Source of the DNA: Phyllosticta citribraziliensis
Taxonomy: Eukaryota
Length of the DNA: 64,000 nt
Direction of reading: 5' to 3'
NCBI RefSeq assembly: GCF_038025025.1
Contig: NW_027117339.1
Coordinates: 2,170,001-2,234,000 of the forward strand
Below are positions 44,167 through 58,499 of the stretch, piece by piece (the stretch's first letter is position 1; every line of letters begins with the position of its first letter). The position numbers were made by a program, and so were the translations under genes. The notes below the pieces were generated by a model. The model was not told the origin of the DNA. It ran no database searches and was given only the letters and a program-made list of their open reading frames with translations.

Positions 44167-46922
44167 GGTGTTTGAGGACGGATGGAGTTGTCGCGGAGAA
44201 TCATCAGCTACATGTCAGGTGGAGGGAGAGTCGTGCAGTTGGGTTGAGGTGGTGAAGCGGCAGCAAGGCTCGCGTGGGCACCGGGTGCTGGTACACGGCA
44301 GGTCAGGTCGGGTTAGGTGGGCAGCCGGCTGGGGCTTTGGAGGGCAACGTCAGTGGTGATGGTGCGTCATTGGCGGCAGTCCGAAACACCTAGGCAACGC
44401 AGCGGGATGGATGGAAAGGCTGAGGATCCGAGACTTGAGAGTCGCGAAGCGAAGAGAGAGGAGCGTCCTCACGTGAATGAGCTTGTTGGCGGACCGGGAA
44501 GGTGTTTTGAAGGCCGGTGACGTAGCCTCGCGGCCCCTGTCAGCGCCAGCCACCCTTGACAACCCCGCCCTCCAGTAGAAGCCGGCAGTGAGAATATAGC
44601 CACCCGGCGAACCAGGACATGCCCCTTCGAGCAATGGCCACAACGCTCGCATGTACAGCAAACACATGTTGTGATTCGTTCAAGGTGGCCATGGACGCTT
44701 GGCAGCCGAAATACACGCATTTTCGAGCGACGCTTTGAAGGGAATGGATGGAATGAGCACTGGCTAACCGGCTTCTGGAATGTCAGCGCGTCAGATATCT
44801 CCAGCCTTGTTCTTACAGCCAATGAGCGCGCTTGCGTTGGCAACAAGGCTCGCTTCCGTTCCAGCACAAACGCCGTTGAATTCTGCCTTGGATCACTGAT
44901 AGCATGTCGTGTTGCAAAGGCTCGGGCGTCAGTCGGACTCTGCGCATCTTTGGCTGAATGTCGTGGACAAGCGAGCAACAATCCAGGATGGCGCCAACAG
45001 TCTCAACTATTGCGTCAAATCTTTCTGGTCTCGTATTTGACCATCAACGAACCATCGGTGGGTGACGAATTACAAACGCCGAGAGCAACGGAGCACTCTT
45101 GGGGACTAGGAGACTGGGAAAGGGCTCTCGCCGGGTCCAGCGCTGAGGTGCTCTTAAGCTCATGTGCAGCTAGACGATGATAAGAATAGCGGACCAGCAA
45201 CGAGCGGAGAGCGGACCGCTGGCCTTGTGGGGCGATCTGCCGGTGGGGCACAAAGATTCCAAGTCTTTTGTCGTGCTGCAGCTTTGGCGCTGGCCTCGGG
45301 ACAGAGGAGACCAGTCGTCGCAACCGTTGCAAGACTTGCAAGCCTGGTCAATGGTCTTGGTGTCCGAATATCAGTTGGAGGCCAGAAACGAGGTTGCATT
45401 CAGCCCTCCTGCATGCAAGCCAAGCCAAGCCAGGCTTTGGGTTCGGTTGCAGAACAATAGAAGATAATCGGAGCTGACGGAATTGATTGAGCAGGATGAG
45501 GAATTTGCTTTTGGAAAGATAGCCAGGCGAGGGTCGAGTTGTCGACCTGAGTGTTTTGCCTGCCGTGGGTGGTGATAAAGAGGTCGGCCATGATTGGCGC
45601 CGGGATCCTTTGGGAGGGAAGCGAGGCACGGACCGGCCGAGAGAGGCTTCCTTCCACAATCCACACTTCCTCCACACCCACCCGCCGTCGTAACGAACTC
45701 ACGATACCGCTACATGTCCGCTCTCTGGCTCTCGATCATTCGTGATCCGCCGATCACCGCTGTCATGTCACTCTCTCCGGCCATCAGACCTCTGTCGACC
45801 AATCTGTGCGTTGCCACAGACCTGGGATCCGGCCGAAAGCTGCGCGACCGGCAGAAAAAGCGCCGTCGATGGTGCAATTCGGTAGCCAACACTGCGGATA
45901 CAAACGGCCGATGAATTTTTGTTGTACGAGGCGCCCCTCCCGCCGCCTTGTCTTTACTCCTTATGCCGGAGACGGGACCTGATTGAGTCGCCTCGCCGCC
46001 AGCCACTGCGGCAAACCACATCTCTCGCCCCCACAAATCGTCTACGACGCCGTCGCACGAAATGTCGAAAAACGACGCCAAAGCTATATGGCTGCGCCTG
46101 CCTCTTTGGTTGTAGAGATTAGACTGCAAATGCCCGGATTGGTCCACTCGACGCGGCTCCGGCTTACGACCAGGACAGGGCTGGACCGAGACCAGGGCCT
46201 TGCATCCAAATCCTAGACTTTTGCCTTTCTAGAAGCAAAAGTCCACGGGGATGCCACCTCATGCAATCTGGACCTGAACGACACCACATCGCATGTCCGT
46301 CCACGGCAACCACATGTCGGCTCCACGGCAGCACGCGACCACCAGATGGATGGTGCGCCTCTCAATTGCCGACACAGGCCCCGCGGCACAGTCCGACCGA
46401 GAACGCGCCTTGGACTCCCCAGCAGATGCCTCTTGCTCCCGCCATGCTTCCCCCTTGCAGACCTTGTGTTTGACCTCGTCGACTTGTAGCGCGCCGTCGT
46501 AGCGTTGCTCTTGGCGGTCGTCAAAATCCATTCCGCTGGAGGCTGAAAAAAGACGGTTTCTGCATGTCATGACCCGAAAGCTTGACGCTATCAAAGCTCA
46601 ATTGGCGGCGGCCTCTGCACTGAATGTGGAAAAGATCCGGTCTCCAGCTTAAAGCTTGGCCGAACACCCCATTTTGATTGGGTCCAACATGTCGCCTCCA
46701 GTGCTCTTCTCGCCCGGGGAACTCACCTTCCTAATCAACGCAAATCCTGATAAGACTGTCGTGATACGGACCATTGCGACTATGAGGTTGCACGCCGGTC
46801 CTTCGGCCGCACCCGATGGTGCCATATTTAATAGGACCTCCGCCTGAACCTCTGTGCTCCTCGTGCTCCTGTACCGCTTTACCTCAACGCTTGTCTCAAG
46901 GACTTGATCATCTCGAGCGACC

Positions 46923-48847
46923 ATGCCTGGAGACGCTACCGACGCCTACGCGGCCGACAAGCTGGACCCCGCCCTGATCGACGGTAGCGGTGACCCCAAG
47001 CGGTCCCTGTCGCAAGTACACCACAGCGTCGAGCTACCTCCCATGTACGATGGTGAGGCCGTCGTCCAGACTGAGTGGTTGGACCACGACATGGAAAAGC
47101 CAACCGATGAGGACTTGGCGACCCTCCGTCGCGTCAGCGAGAAGATTCCCTTCAAGGCTTACACGGTTGCCACTGTCGAGCTGATTGAGCGTCTTTCTTA
47201 TTATGGTACCACTCAGGTAATTTACATTGCAATTGACCTCGTGCGGGCCATTGCTGATGCTGCCAGGTCTTCACCAACTTCATCCAACAGGCCAACCCGG
47301 GAACCGCTACTGGAAAAGCCTTGAACCCTAGCTCCGACGATGCTCAACCTGGTGCCCTCGGCATGGGCCAGCAAGCCGCGACCGGCATTACGACTTTCAA
47401 CACTTTCTGGGTCTATGTCGTTCCTCTTTTCGGCGCCTACGTCGCCGACACGTACTTGGGAAGATTCAAGACTATTTGGATCTCGGTACTCACAGCAATT
47501 GTTGGTCACGCCATTCTCACTGCGTCGGCAGCCCCAAGCCTTCTCAAGCACCCGGACAACTCTCTCGCCTGCTTCATTGTCGGTCTGATCATCATGGGCA
47601 TCGGAACTGGTGGCTTCAAGCCCAACATTTCCCCTCTGGTCGCCGAGCAGATTCCCCGCAAAATGTACGTCCAGACCTTGTCGTCTGGAGAACGCGTCCT
47701 TGTGGACCCTGCGATTACTACTGCCAGAGTTTACAACTGGTTCTACCTCTTCATCAACATTGGCTCTCTCGTTGGACAGCTTTCCATGGCGTACGCCGAG
47801 AGATATGTTGGATTCTACCTGTCCTTCCTCATTCCCACCGTTTTGTTCTGCCTCGCAATTCCCATCTTGTACGGCTGCCGCAATTGGTACCAACACACTG
47901 CGCCCCAAGGGAGTGTCCTCGGCCTTTCGGTGCGGCTGCTCTGGCGTGGTACGGTATCCAAGTTCCACTGGAACCCAATGACTTTCCACAAGCGCCTGCA
48001 CGACGGTACCTTTTGGGACGACCTGAAGCCCTCGCGCATTGCGCCCGAACACAGGCCACAGTGGATGGTGTTTGACGACGCCTGGGTCGACGAGGTTGGC
48101 CGTGGCTGGAAGGCTTGCAGCGTTTTCCTCTGGTACCCGTTGTACTGGCTCACCTACAACCAGCTTAACAACAACTTGACATCCCAGGCCTCGACCATGG
48201 CGCTGCACGGTGTTCCCAACGATGTCATCGCCAACCTCGACCCTTTTGCGCTCATCATCTTGATTCCCATCTGCGACGGGCTCATCTACCCTGCTCTGCG
48301 CAAGGCCGGCATTAACTTCACGCCCATCAAGAAGATTACCGCCGGTTTCTTCATGGGCAGCATGGCCATGGTCTGGTCCTGCGTCTTGCAAGCCTACATC
48401 TACAAGTACTCGGAGTGCGGCAACAACGCGTCGTCGTGCGAAAACGTGTCGATCAACGTATGGGCCCAGACAGGCGCTTACGTCTTCATCGCCATCTCCG
48501 AAATCTTCGCTTCCATCACGTCGCTCGAGTACGGCTTCAGCAAGGCGCCCAAGAACATGCGTTCGCTCGTCGCCGCCTTTGCCCTCTTCATGTCCGCAAT
48601 CGCCGCCGCTATCGGCGAGGCCTTCAACCCGCTGTCCTCGGACCCCCTGCTCGTCTGGAACTACGGCTCCATGGCCGTCATTTCTGCCCTCGGCGGCATC
48701 GGCTTCTGGTTCTCTTACCGCAAGCTCGACGCCCAGGAGGACCAGCTCAACATGCTGCCCGTCGGCCACCTGGGCACCAAGGCCCAGCAGGAGGACATTG
48801 AGCACAGGCTCAGCATCGCGCACGAGGTGCCTCACGAGAAGTCGTGA
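46923..48847 (+). CDS. PTR2: Proton-dependent oligopeptide transporter (POT/PTR family)
   Basis: Exons 46923-47216 and 47267-48847. ELIERLSYYG (ExxER motif), GAYVADTYLGRFKTI, GTGGFKPNISP, WFYLFINIGSL (FYING motif) and EYGFSKAPKNMRS. Confidence 0.95.
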
Positions 48848-50010
48848 GGCCAGATCGAGCGACGGCGTTCTTTTGCGGCGGTTGAGGAGGTAGACGGATG
48901 ACAATCATCTGGAAAAATATGGGATTTTTAACGCGCGACGATGAAGGAGCAGACGGACTGGATTGGAATTTTTCCCGAATATACCCCCAGTGTCAGGTTT
49001 TTTAATAGAAAAAAGTTCCAACGGTGTTCACGGTGCGCTGCTTGTGACATTTTCCCATGGGTCCCGTCTACTCATCACACACATTTTGCCAACTTCATCC
49101 TGCGTTAATTTGGGCATTCACCTCGTCGACCCTCTGAGCGTCCAAGGTTTGGCATCGAAATTTGTGGCACACGACTAAAAACGTAGGTGACCAGAGACAT
49201 CACATACAGCGAGCTTTGGTGCACTTGGACCGGTAAATCGCAGGGAGTATTCAAGCCCTGGAATACCAAAGTACGTTTGTTTACTTACAGGTATCCAGCC
49301 TGGTGCTTCTGATGCCTCGAGGTGGGTGCGAATCGGGTTTGGCGCTTGCCGGAAACGGGGAGGTAGCTGCGACGGCCCGTTCCCACATGTAGCTCGTTGG
49401 CGCTACTTCTTGTCGCGACTGGACACTTTCGATCCAACATCCACCACAACTCAGTGGGCGCCCTGTCGCTTTCGGGAGCTTCCTGGGCCTTCAATGGTCT
49501 CGCTGTCGTCGTGGCTGGCAGCGCAGGGCAGTTTTGGATCTTGCGGACTTCTACAATGCACCACTTCTCTGCCACCACCGTGCAGCCCCGACATGGCACC
49601 ACGGCTTCTCTGCACCCCGTCACGCCACGACGAATTCGAGCGTTCGAGCCACAGCTTCGCAGCATAGATTTTGCATCTTTGGACCTCCATCTCAGCCAGC
49701 TGGAAACTGCGCAGGAAGTCACTCTGCAAGAAAGGCCCGCGTGGAGCTGCGCGATAGAGATGCGTGGCGGAGCCGCAGCGTTTGAACCAATGGCGCGATG
49801 CCTCAGCCTTGCTTCTCCTCTTGTCTGCTGAAGAGGCTCAGCTCAGCCCCGATGAGTTGTGTTACCCATTCAGACTGCGGCCCGTCAGCATACTTGTGAG
49901 GCATTTGCTCGGTAAAAGCGGGCAGTCTCCCACTTTTGTTCAGCCTTGCCGAAACATATGGACGTTGACTTTCACATCTCTTGCTGAGCGCTACCCCTAC
50001 TCCGTCAGGT

Positions 50011-53000
50011 ATGGACAGTAGACGTTCCTCTCAAAACGATGAGGTGAGTGATTGGTCTTTCCAACCGCGGGGGAAAAGTTGACCAAACCAGCGTGCTCAG
50101 GAAGTACCCAGCCCTGTCGATTCGCATGGGGAACGGCGCGGAAACTCACCAAATCCCTTGGTGTCGGGCGCCAGCTGTCGGCCATCTCCTGAGCCCTCGA
50201 AACCATCTGGTCCATTCGCAAGTCTGGATTTCACCCTGGGTCATGTTGCTGCCTGGATGGCTGTCTCTTCCAATGAGCTTGGACATAACTACAGTGGCGA
50301 ATACGTGGATCTCCAGCCACCCCCAAAAAGCCGAAGATCCGAAGATGATGACATTCAGTGCGACTGGCCTGGTTGCACTGAGAAGTTCGCCGTGCCCGAA
50401 CATATGGAAACACACAGGGCAATGCAGTCAGTTGATCTACCTGCTTCAGAACTTCTTAAATTTGATGTTTTTGCAGTACCGTGTCGCCGTCTGTTTCCGG
50501 CATATATGATCAGACCAGGCCTCAACCATCAGATTCAGAAGATTACTCCGTTTTCAAAGGTGAGGGTCGCAAGACAACCGAGCGACTGAAAAACAAGCCT
50601 CACCACTCAGTAGCAGTCACTGAGACAGGCCCTCAAAAAGAAGTTGATTTCTCAACACTTCCACATGACAATGGCCTGGATGGCACTGCAATCCCACCTG
50701 ATCTTGAGGCATTACTTTATTCAGGTCATTTGGAACAGGCGGGAGAGTACCTGAAGGCGTTCATACAGAGAAATACGGCATCCAAATACTTTTGGATTTC
50801 AGAGCTTCTGGACATGGACTATTCGACTGCGGAGGTTGTTGAACTGCTTTGGGAGCAAGCTATCGACTCTCTTTGGATCTACTTTGATCCGCCGCGCGTA
50901 AGCTGTCCAAAGGTGAAAGAAGACTGGCACATTCCAGGTTGTCCCCACTTGGAGCACTACCAACAGAATATATCAATTTCGACAAACGAGAAAGTACAAC
51001 ATTCCGCAAGCCCTGCTGGTAGAGGACGGCACGACGAGATCAAGCATTTAGTCGAGGGACTCTGTGGGCTGGGCGGAGTGGCCCCATCATCACGAAGCAA
51101 AAAGGAATGGCCTGGAACTGTTACTTTTGTTGAACAGGGACTTGATCAGAGATATCAGAACGCCCAGGGCTCTTTTGATCTTGAAATGCGAGGCTTCGGC
51201 TCCATTGCCACGGGCCTTGATCCCAGAGAAAGTGGTCTTCGCCGGCTAGCCAAAGTCCTGTACAACATTCATGATGCTGCGAGCAGTCTTCAGAATCACC
51301 AGCTTTGCTGCGACAGCTTCACTGTACTGGTTCGTCCTTTCCAGACCAACTACGCCAAACTGGTCCAGGTGCCATTCTCATGGATCACAAAACTCCAAGC
51401 TGCATTACCACACCATCTGAGTCAACTGAGGTATGGTTTATGGCTTGAAAGGTCTGCCACTGGAGAAAAGGGGGATTTCGCTCGCGCCACCAAGGAAGCT
51501 GGTCATATTGCTCGAGAGTTTCTGTCAGGACTGAATGTCTTGCCAGGTGTAATGACGCTGCCTCTTTGGGTCACATCGCTTACCGGTTCGTATTTCTCGG
51601 ACACTTGTCTTGCCATTCAAGTTCTTGCAACTGGATTGTTGTCCTACATGCAAGCGCACATTAGTCCCTTGAAACCCTTCTTCCTGGACACAGACATCGA
51701 AACGATCTCTTTATTTGGATCAAATTCCCTGGAAGAGTTCGTCCGACCTCTCATTATCCTCCGACCATTCAAGACCACCTGCATGGACCAAATGCTTCAG
51801 GGTGAAGTTCTAGTGTTTCAACACCACTTTGAGCTAGGAAATGAGAGAAGCTTGAATTTGTCTGCGAGCCCACAAGATCTTCTGGACACCTGGGGCCCTG
51901 GCTGCTACATGAAAAAACGTGGCATAGTTGCAGGCGATCCAGACATCTGCGGTGTGCGTATTGGTGGTGGCACTATCATGAAATCCCCTGGGCAGAATGG
52001 CATCTACCACTTTTTTCCGACAACAGTCTCCTTGCCCAACGACACCTGCAATCGTCCAATGCATCGAGATCAACACATCACAATCGGAGCGCCAATATTG
52101 GTCAATGAGCACTGTGATAATGACGAAGGCATGCAGTATGGTCAATGTGACCGCTACCTAGTCAATTTGGGAACAAATCCTTGCATCTGGGAGCAATCTC
52201 AGCGCCAATTCGCAATCCAAGGTGGACAATACGTGGTCGTGCAGTTTGCTCAGACATGGAACAAAACTCCAAGCGCAACGATCAAGAAGTGTCAGCTATC
52301 ACGACAAAGCCAACTCACCACCTCCTTCTTGGAAAATTTCTGGGGCCTACAAGTCAGCTTTTGTACTGGCGTCGCTCGGCGAGTCAGGATGAGAGAGCTT
52401 TTAGCGGACGTCATGGCATTACATGTTCGCAACCAGCTCGTAGTGCCATCTGTATGGATAGAGTTGGAGCATGTAAAAATCGTCGAGGTTTTGCGCAGCG
52501 AGCCAAACTTACAGCATTGGCTGGGCCAAAGATCTGAAGAGCAACAAGTGTATCTCGACAAAATCATGCGGCAAATCCTGGAAAGATTGGGCCCCACTGG
52601 AGTCGACTGTACCGGAAGCCTCACCATCGCCTGGTATCGTCCAGACAAGGAACCTCGTTGCCTGAGGATACCGTGCGAAAAGGAGAGTGCCTGGGCGAAG
52701 ATACTAGCAGATTCGGTTGACTGTGCCACGTACGCGTACTTCAGCTCCAAGTGTTTGGAGACGGAAAGAATCAAGTGCCAAGGAAAGCACTCCGTCCTGC
52801 AAAGACAGAGCTCCATTCTCAGCACCGCCGTCTCTCCGCATCAGGACTTCGCGGGTACGACTACTGTCCAGACCACTTTTCAGCTCAAAGACAGGCAATT
52901 CTACCGCATTGGGGACTCGAATCTGGTCCGAGCACAGGCACTTGGACCGGACGAGACCAGGCTACTTTTTTATCGAACGAGTATTGGGAAGCCAATTTTG

Positions 53001-53096
53001 CGCCGGATAATGAACAAGGAACGTCATTCTAGAATTCGAGAGAGGCAAGACGACGATTCGCCAGCGCGGCCGGTCCTGGTCTTGACGGCTGATTGA
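50011..53096 (+). CDS. Uncharacterised fungal protein (~1000 aa) with N-terminal C2H2 zinc finger and large Cys-containing conserved domain
   Basis: Main exon 50477-53096 is open. Intron 50427-50476 completes CDWPGCTEKFAVPEHMETHRAMH. A probable first intron 50044-50091 (or -50100) links to the ATG at 50011, but the 5' end is uncertain. Domain-like motifs GLCGLGGVAP, LCCDSFTVL, LLDTWGPG and WGLQVSFCTGVARRVRMRELLAD. Confidence 0.7.
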
Positions 53097-53956
53097 ACTT
53101 GCGGTTGTTGTCCAGCAAGCATATCATAAGATTCCTAAGACTCTCGCCTTTCCCAGTGATGATGCTGTTCGGCATTTCCGTTCTTGTGTTCTCAACTTTG
53201 GAGTCTTTCTCCGAGGACTGCACCGTGAAGCTGAATCAGCCCATGGCCATTTAATGACGTGTTCTGAATCTTGCTTCAACAATGCCTTCCCCTGCGCGTT
53301 GTATGCTCGGTTTTGAGAGCTTCAATATTCAGGAGCCACGAAAGCTTTTTCTTTCGTTGCCTGGGGGATGTTACGGAACCGTGGTTTGAAAATTACATAG
53401 TTCCGTTGAGAGTCAACCTGACGTACCGGAGCCAGCTTTTGATACGTACCAGTCATGGCGCTCCTCGTTGAGAGTAATGAAAAGCTCCACCCATTTACTT
53501 TATTCGCTCATGAGGCCCAAAAGTCGTGGCAATCGCATCTGTGTGTGCAATAGACCGTGTATTGGTACGTATGCTCGATAGATGTTCTGGCCTGGCACCG
53601 TAGCTGTACACTTGAGGATTTCGTGTCGCTTTCCGGGTTCATCATCAACACATCCAGGCCAAACTGCAACTCAAAAATTTCTCCAGTCAAATTTGAAATG
53701 TTGCCACAACCATGGAACCGAATCGCCCGTGAAATGGAATTAAAGATAAAAGGACACCAGTCAGGCCGCAGAGCAAACTTTCTTGCTGCCTAGCTCTCCT
53801 TCTGAACCTCTCAGCACCACAAATTGAAATTGTAACAGACGAGTTGCTCCTTTTCAAGAGTAACAGACAGACAGAATCAAGATCTCCCAAGGTGCCCACA
53901 TCACAAAAGCCCCACCCCTTCAAGAGATGCACCTCGAATGCTAATTGAATTTCCAG

Positions 53957-54712
53957 ATGTCGTTTATGGCTTTGATCGAGAAGCTCCGCCAGCTCTTCCG
54001 CCGCGCAACTTCTCAGACAGCGCTTGAACCACCAGAGTATACTTTGCTGGACCCTCGCCAAAACCACGAATCATCGAAGAAGAAACGGGTGTTCCGCCTA
54101 TGCAAGCACATGGAACTGGACTACGACCAAATGTGCTCGATGAAAGACTACGGCCCCGGGATTTCGTGTGCGAGCTGCGATCCATCGGTCCGCTCAAAAA
54201 AGAACAAATCTTCCCGCGTGGGAAAGAACCACCTGCAGCGCATGGGCAGCTGCTTTGTGCACGTGAACGATTTCAAGCTGTCAGGTGTGGAGAGCGCTGT
54301 TTTGCTGCCGATCAAGCGGATTCAGGGCAGGCTGGCGAACGACACCACGAAGATCTGCCCGCACATCCGATTCTGCGACCTGGACTTCGAGCGCATGAGA
54401 TCAAAGCACGCTAAGCTGACACTTACGCCGATTCCGACGTCTTACAATAGTTGTAGACCCCAAACCGTCAGTGGCAAGTGCAAGACAAGATATTGCCGGA
54501 CAGAATTTGAATTTTCGTGGAACAATTACCCATCTGAGAAACAGACGGTGGACTTTGAAAGCAAGCGCGAATTCGGGATGGACGGTCCCAGTGGTCGTGC
54601 CTGGCTAGCCAACAGCGAGGCAGTTCCGGAAACCAGTGCTTCGCAATCCGGCAAAATTGCGCACCCGAAAGACGCGGATCTCAAAGGCTCAACAACTCAT
54701 GATCTTGTTTGA
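53957..54712 (+). CDS. Small basic Cys/His-rich hypothetical protein (~251 aa)
   Basis: Open frame with LCKH, CASC, ICPH and CKTRYC motifs. The ATG is directly preceded by GCTAAT..CCAG, so an upstream intron or exon is possible. Confidence 0.65.
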   Translation: MSFMALIEKLRQLFRRATSQTALEPPEYTLLDPRQNHESSKKKRVFRLCKHMELDYDQMCSMKDYGPGISCASCDPSVRSKKNKSSRVGKNHLQRMGSCFVHVNDFKLSGVESAVLLPIKRIQGRLANDTTKICPHIRFCDLDFERMRSKHAKLTLTPIPTSYNSCRPQTVSGKCKTRYCRTEFEFSWNNYPSEKQTVDFESKREFGMDGPSGRAWLANSEAVPETSASQSGKIAHPKDADLKGSTTHDLV

Positions 54713-55108
54713 CAGCTTCGGAACAGAATCTGCAAATTTGACGGGCAGGAAGGAGCATGGACTGGGCCAAGGCATGTTCTCTCCCATTAACGGCCCCAGG
54801 TCGTAAATCGAATTTCAGATTTCGGAGAAAGACTGAAGACGGCGCCGGGGGGTTTGTGTACTCTTCTTTTGGAGCTGTCAGTGGAATGCATTTGGTGTCA
54901 ACACGATGACTATTGGGTTCTTGGAGAGAGCGGATGGCGTGGCAATCGGCCGTCGGATCTGCCTTGGTGGCAAGACACTCGAGTTGAAATGAACATCACA
55001 TTTTGAACCATGAAGTAGAAGGAGACCGTCATCCATTGTGGTATTTTTTCGTCAGACCCATAGTCTCCAGGAACCTCCACCAACCGTACAAATCCGAACC
55101 CAGACCGT

Positions 55109-55904
<796 letters not shown>

Positions 55905-56420
55905 CTTTTCAGAGTTCGAAGGTTGGTTGGTGAAGCTTCGAAGGGTCGTCGCGGTCGGGGTTGAGAAGAGGTCGGCAGCGCTCCCCAAAAAGGCCGTCGT
56001 GGGCGGCGTTCGATAAGCGAGAACGCCAAGACTTTTCTGCCACCACCCAATCTGAGTGCAGCAAAAGGGCTGCAAATCCACAACAGGCTGCTTGCTCTGA
56101 CGCGCCGTGCTTACTGCCGTACTTTAGTCGCGTGTTGCATCACTTGGTCATTGCACGTGAAGAGATTGTTCATGGCAGGCGAAGATGGTTGGTTCACGAT
56201 TTACGAGGAATTGGTGTTTGGAGGGCACGAATGCTTTCTTCGATTGGATATCAAACGACGTTTCCGCCGCAAAATGGGAGCAGTTTAGTACACTCCCATA
56301 TCAAAGCCCGTGAACCCCCCCGTTCTTCCCATGCACGTTAGTCTTTTGCCGCCGTCCGCGTGCGTTTTACACCCGGCTCGTGCGAAATTGACCATGTTGT
56401 TGACCGTGATGGCGATGCGT

Positions 56421-56807
56421 TTAGTCGAAGAGACCGAAGCCCATGTCCTCGTCAGACTCCTCCTTCTCCTCCTCCTTGGCGGCGGGAGCGGCCTCCTCAG
56501 CGGCACCAGCACCACCAGCGGCGGCAGCAGGGGCGCCACCAGCGGCAGCACCACCGGAGGGAATGGAAGCGAGCTTCTCGGTACCCTGGGAGATCAGCTG
56601 GAGAGAGTGTTAGCGTTGTCCTCTGTGCAGGGCGTGTTCGATTCGTACCTCCTGGAGGTCCTTGCCCTCGAGCTCAGCAATGAGCTTCTCAAGGCGCTCA
56701 GAGTCAGCCTCGACACCAACAGACTCAAGGACAGCCTTGACGTCGGAAGCGGAGGGGCTGGTGTTGCCACCAAGACCGAGGAGGAGGTAGGCCGCGAGGT
56801 GCTTCAT
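56421..56807 (-). CDS. RPP2: 60S acidic ribosomal protein P2
   Basis: Exons 56807-56649 and 56597-56421. [15 protein letters not shown]...; C-terminal [16 protein letters not shown]. Confidence 0.98.
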
Positions 56808-57324
56808 TTTTTCGGTTGCTTCGCAAAGTCAGCGGTTGGCTCCCAAATAGCCCATGTTGGCGGCGCAGGCGGCGCGTGGGATGCGAGACGTACTGTTGGA
56901 GGAGGTGTAAATAGAACAAGCGTTCAATCGATTTAGCCGCGCTGGCGGAGACTGAGACGTCGAGTTCTGGAGGCGTGTCGTGCGTGAAAAGAGGAAGCTG
57001 GTGGGCGTGGATCGCTAGAATAACATTCAATGTGCGAGTGGGTTGGGTCTAACCCAATCAGGATAGCGCGTTTTCCGGGTAGCCAGGTGCCGCCGGCGCT
57101 GCGCTTTAAAGAGCGTCACCTTCAACGACGACTCCGTCCTCAACCACTCTCTCCTTTCTCCTGCGCCTGTCTCCTCGGTCGCGCCAGCGGTCGCTCCAGT
57201 ATCCGCGTTGGCCAGGCCGCATCCCTCCCGAGTCTCTGCGTCTTCTTCAACCCGCAGCATGAACGCCCGCTCTACAACTACATGTTGGTGATCTTGGAAA
57301 CGCAAAGCGGGCTTTCCTTACAAC

Positions 57325-58499
57325 ATGAGTAGTGTGAGCAGACTCTGTTCCCGAGTCATCATCACTTCTGACATTTCCCACAGTTTCTCAGCAGTGTCTT
57401 ATCGTCCATCGGAAATGGCGGCGGTCAGTCACAAGCACCATCGCAGTCTCGACCTCCAGCCCCTACGGCTACCTCTTCAGCGACTGGACCTGCAGCCCAA
57501 CCTTTACGCACAAACGGCACAAACGACCGTGGTCTTCCAGCTCCTCCGCCCAAGCGCAAAGCCGAAAGCGATGCCGAAGCTGCCAGGGCAAAAGCCCCAC
57601 GGAAGGAGGTTCCTCCAGCTCGCCCAAGTCCCGCACCCCGGACCGCGACGTCTTCCCCACTCCCGAGGCCGACGACAAAACCACCAGTTCCATCATCATC
57701 ATCTAACACGATTCCGTATCGAGGTACCGCTCAGCCGTCGGGCCCGGTGAACAACGCTCGGAAAAATGCCCCATCAGCGGCAAATCCAGCCTCGAAACCG
57801 GCTGTATCGGTCGGCGCCTCCAAGCCTGTCTTGAACAAGTCAGCAACAACGGCAGCTGTCAAGCCCGCATCATCGGCTCCTCCCAAGAAAGGCTCGTTCC
57901 AAGAGATTATGGCACGGGCAAAGGCTGCGCAGGAGGCTTCACGCTCCGTTGGGGCGATCAAGCACAAGCCTGTGGAAAAAATGTCGAAGAAAGAGAAGCT
58001 TGCCCACGAGGCGGAGGCAAAAGCTAAACAGGGAACTGGCCCCCCTCCACGGACAACCCAGAAGGGCCAGTCCAAGGTTCCTGAGTCCAAAAACACCAAG
58101 CCCAGCGAGCCCGAGAAAAAGAAGTCGGCGGACCTCGGATACCAAGGTACCATGCGTCCTTCGCCACGAGAGCCCACCTATCAAGGAACGATGAGCAAAG
58201 GCTCTGCTCTGAAGAGTCGGAGCGGGAGCTATGACCGAAGTAGGAGCGCTTCTCTTGGAGCACGGCCACCACCCAAACGTTACACTTATTACGACGAGGA
58301 CGATGACATGGAAGAAGAAGAGGATTATGATTCGGACTCAGATATGGAGGCCGGCGTTTTCGACGTGGATCGTGAGGAGCAAGAGGCGCTCCGGATAGCA
58401 AGACGTGAAGATGAGCTGGCGTTGAAGGAAGAAGAAGAGCTCAAGCGGAAGAAGCTAGAGCGCAAGAAGATCATGGATGCGAAAAAGAGGAGAGCTTGA
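57325..58499 (+). CDS. SPT2: SPT2 chromatin protein
   Basis: 9-nt exon 57325-57333, intron 57334-57383, exon 57384-58499. KKGSFQEIMARAK and C-terminal SDMEAGVFDVDREEQEALRIARREDELALKEEEELKRKK (SPT2 domain). Confidence 0.87.

Noticed and set aside
44300..46900. ORFs and GATAAG sites (45179, 46749) in the long intergenic region upstream of PTR2
   Set aside because: The ORFs lack motifs. The GATA sites are too sparse to exceed chance, although nitrogen regulation of PTR2 is plausible.
47222..48904. 560-aa antisense ORF over PTR2 (similar cases: 2335-3402, 5028-6323, 9403-10644, 56310-56936)
   Set aside because: Shadow ORFs expected from strong codon bias of the real gene on the opposite strand; no recognisable motifs.
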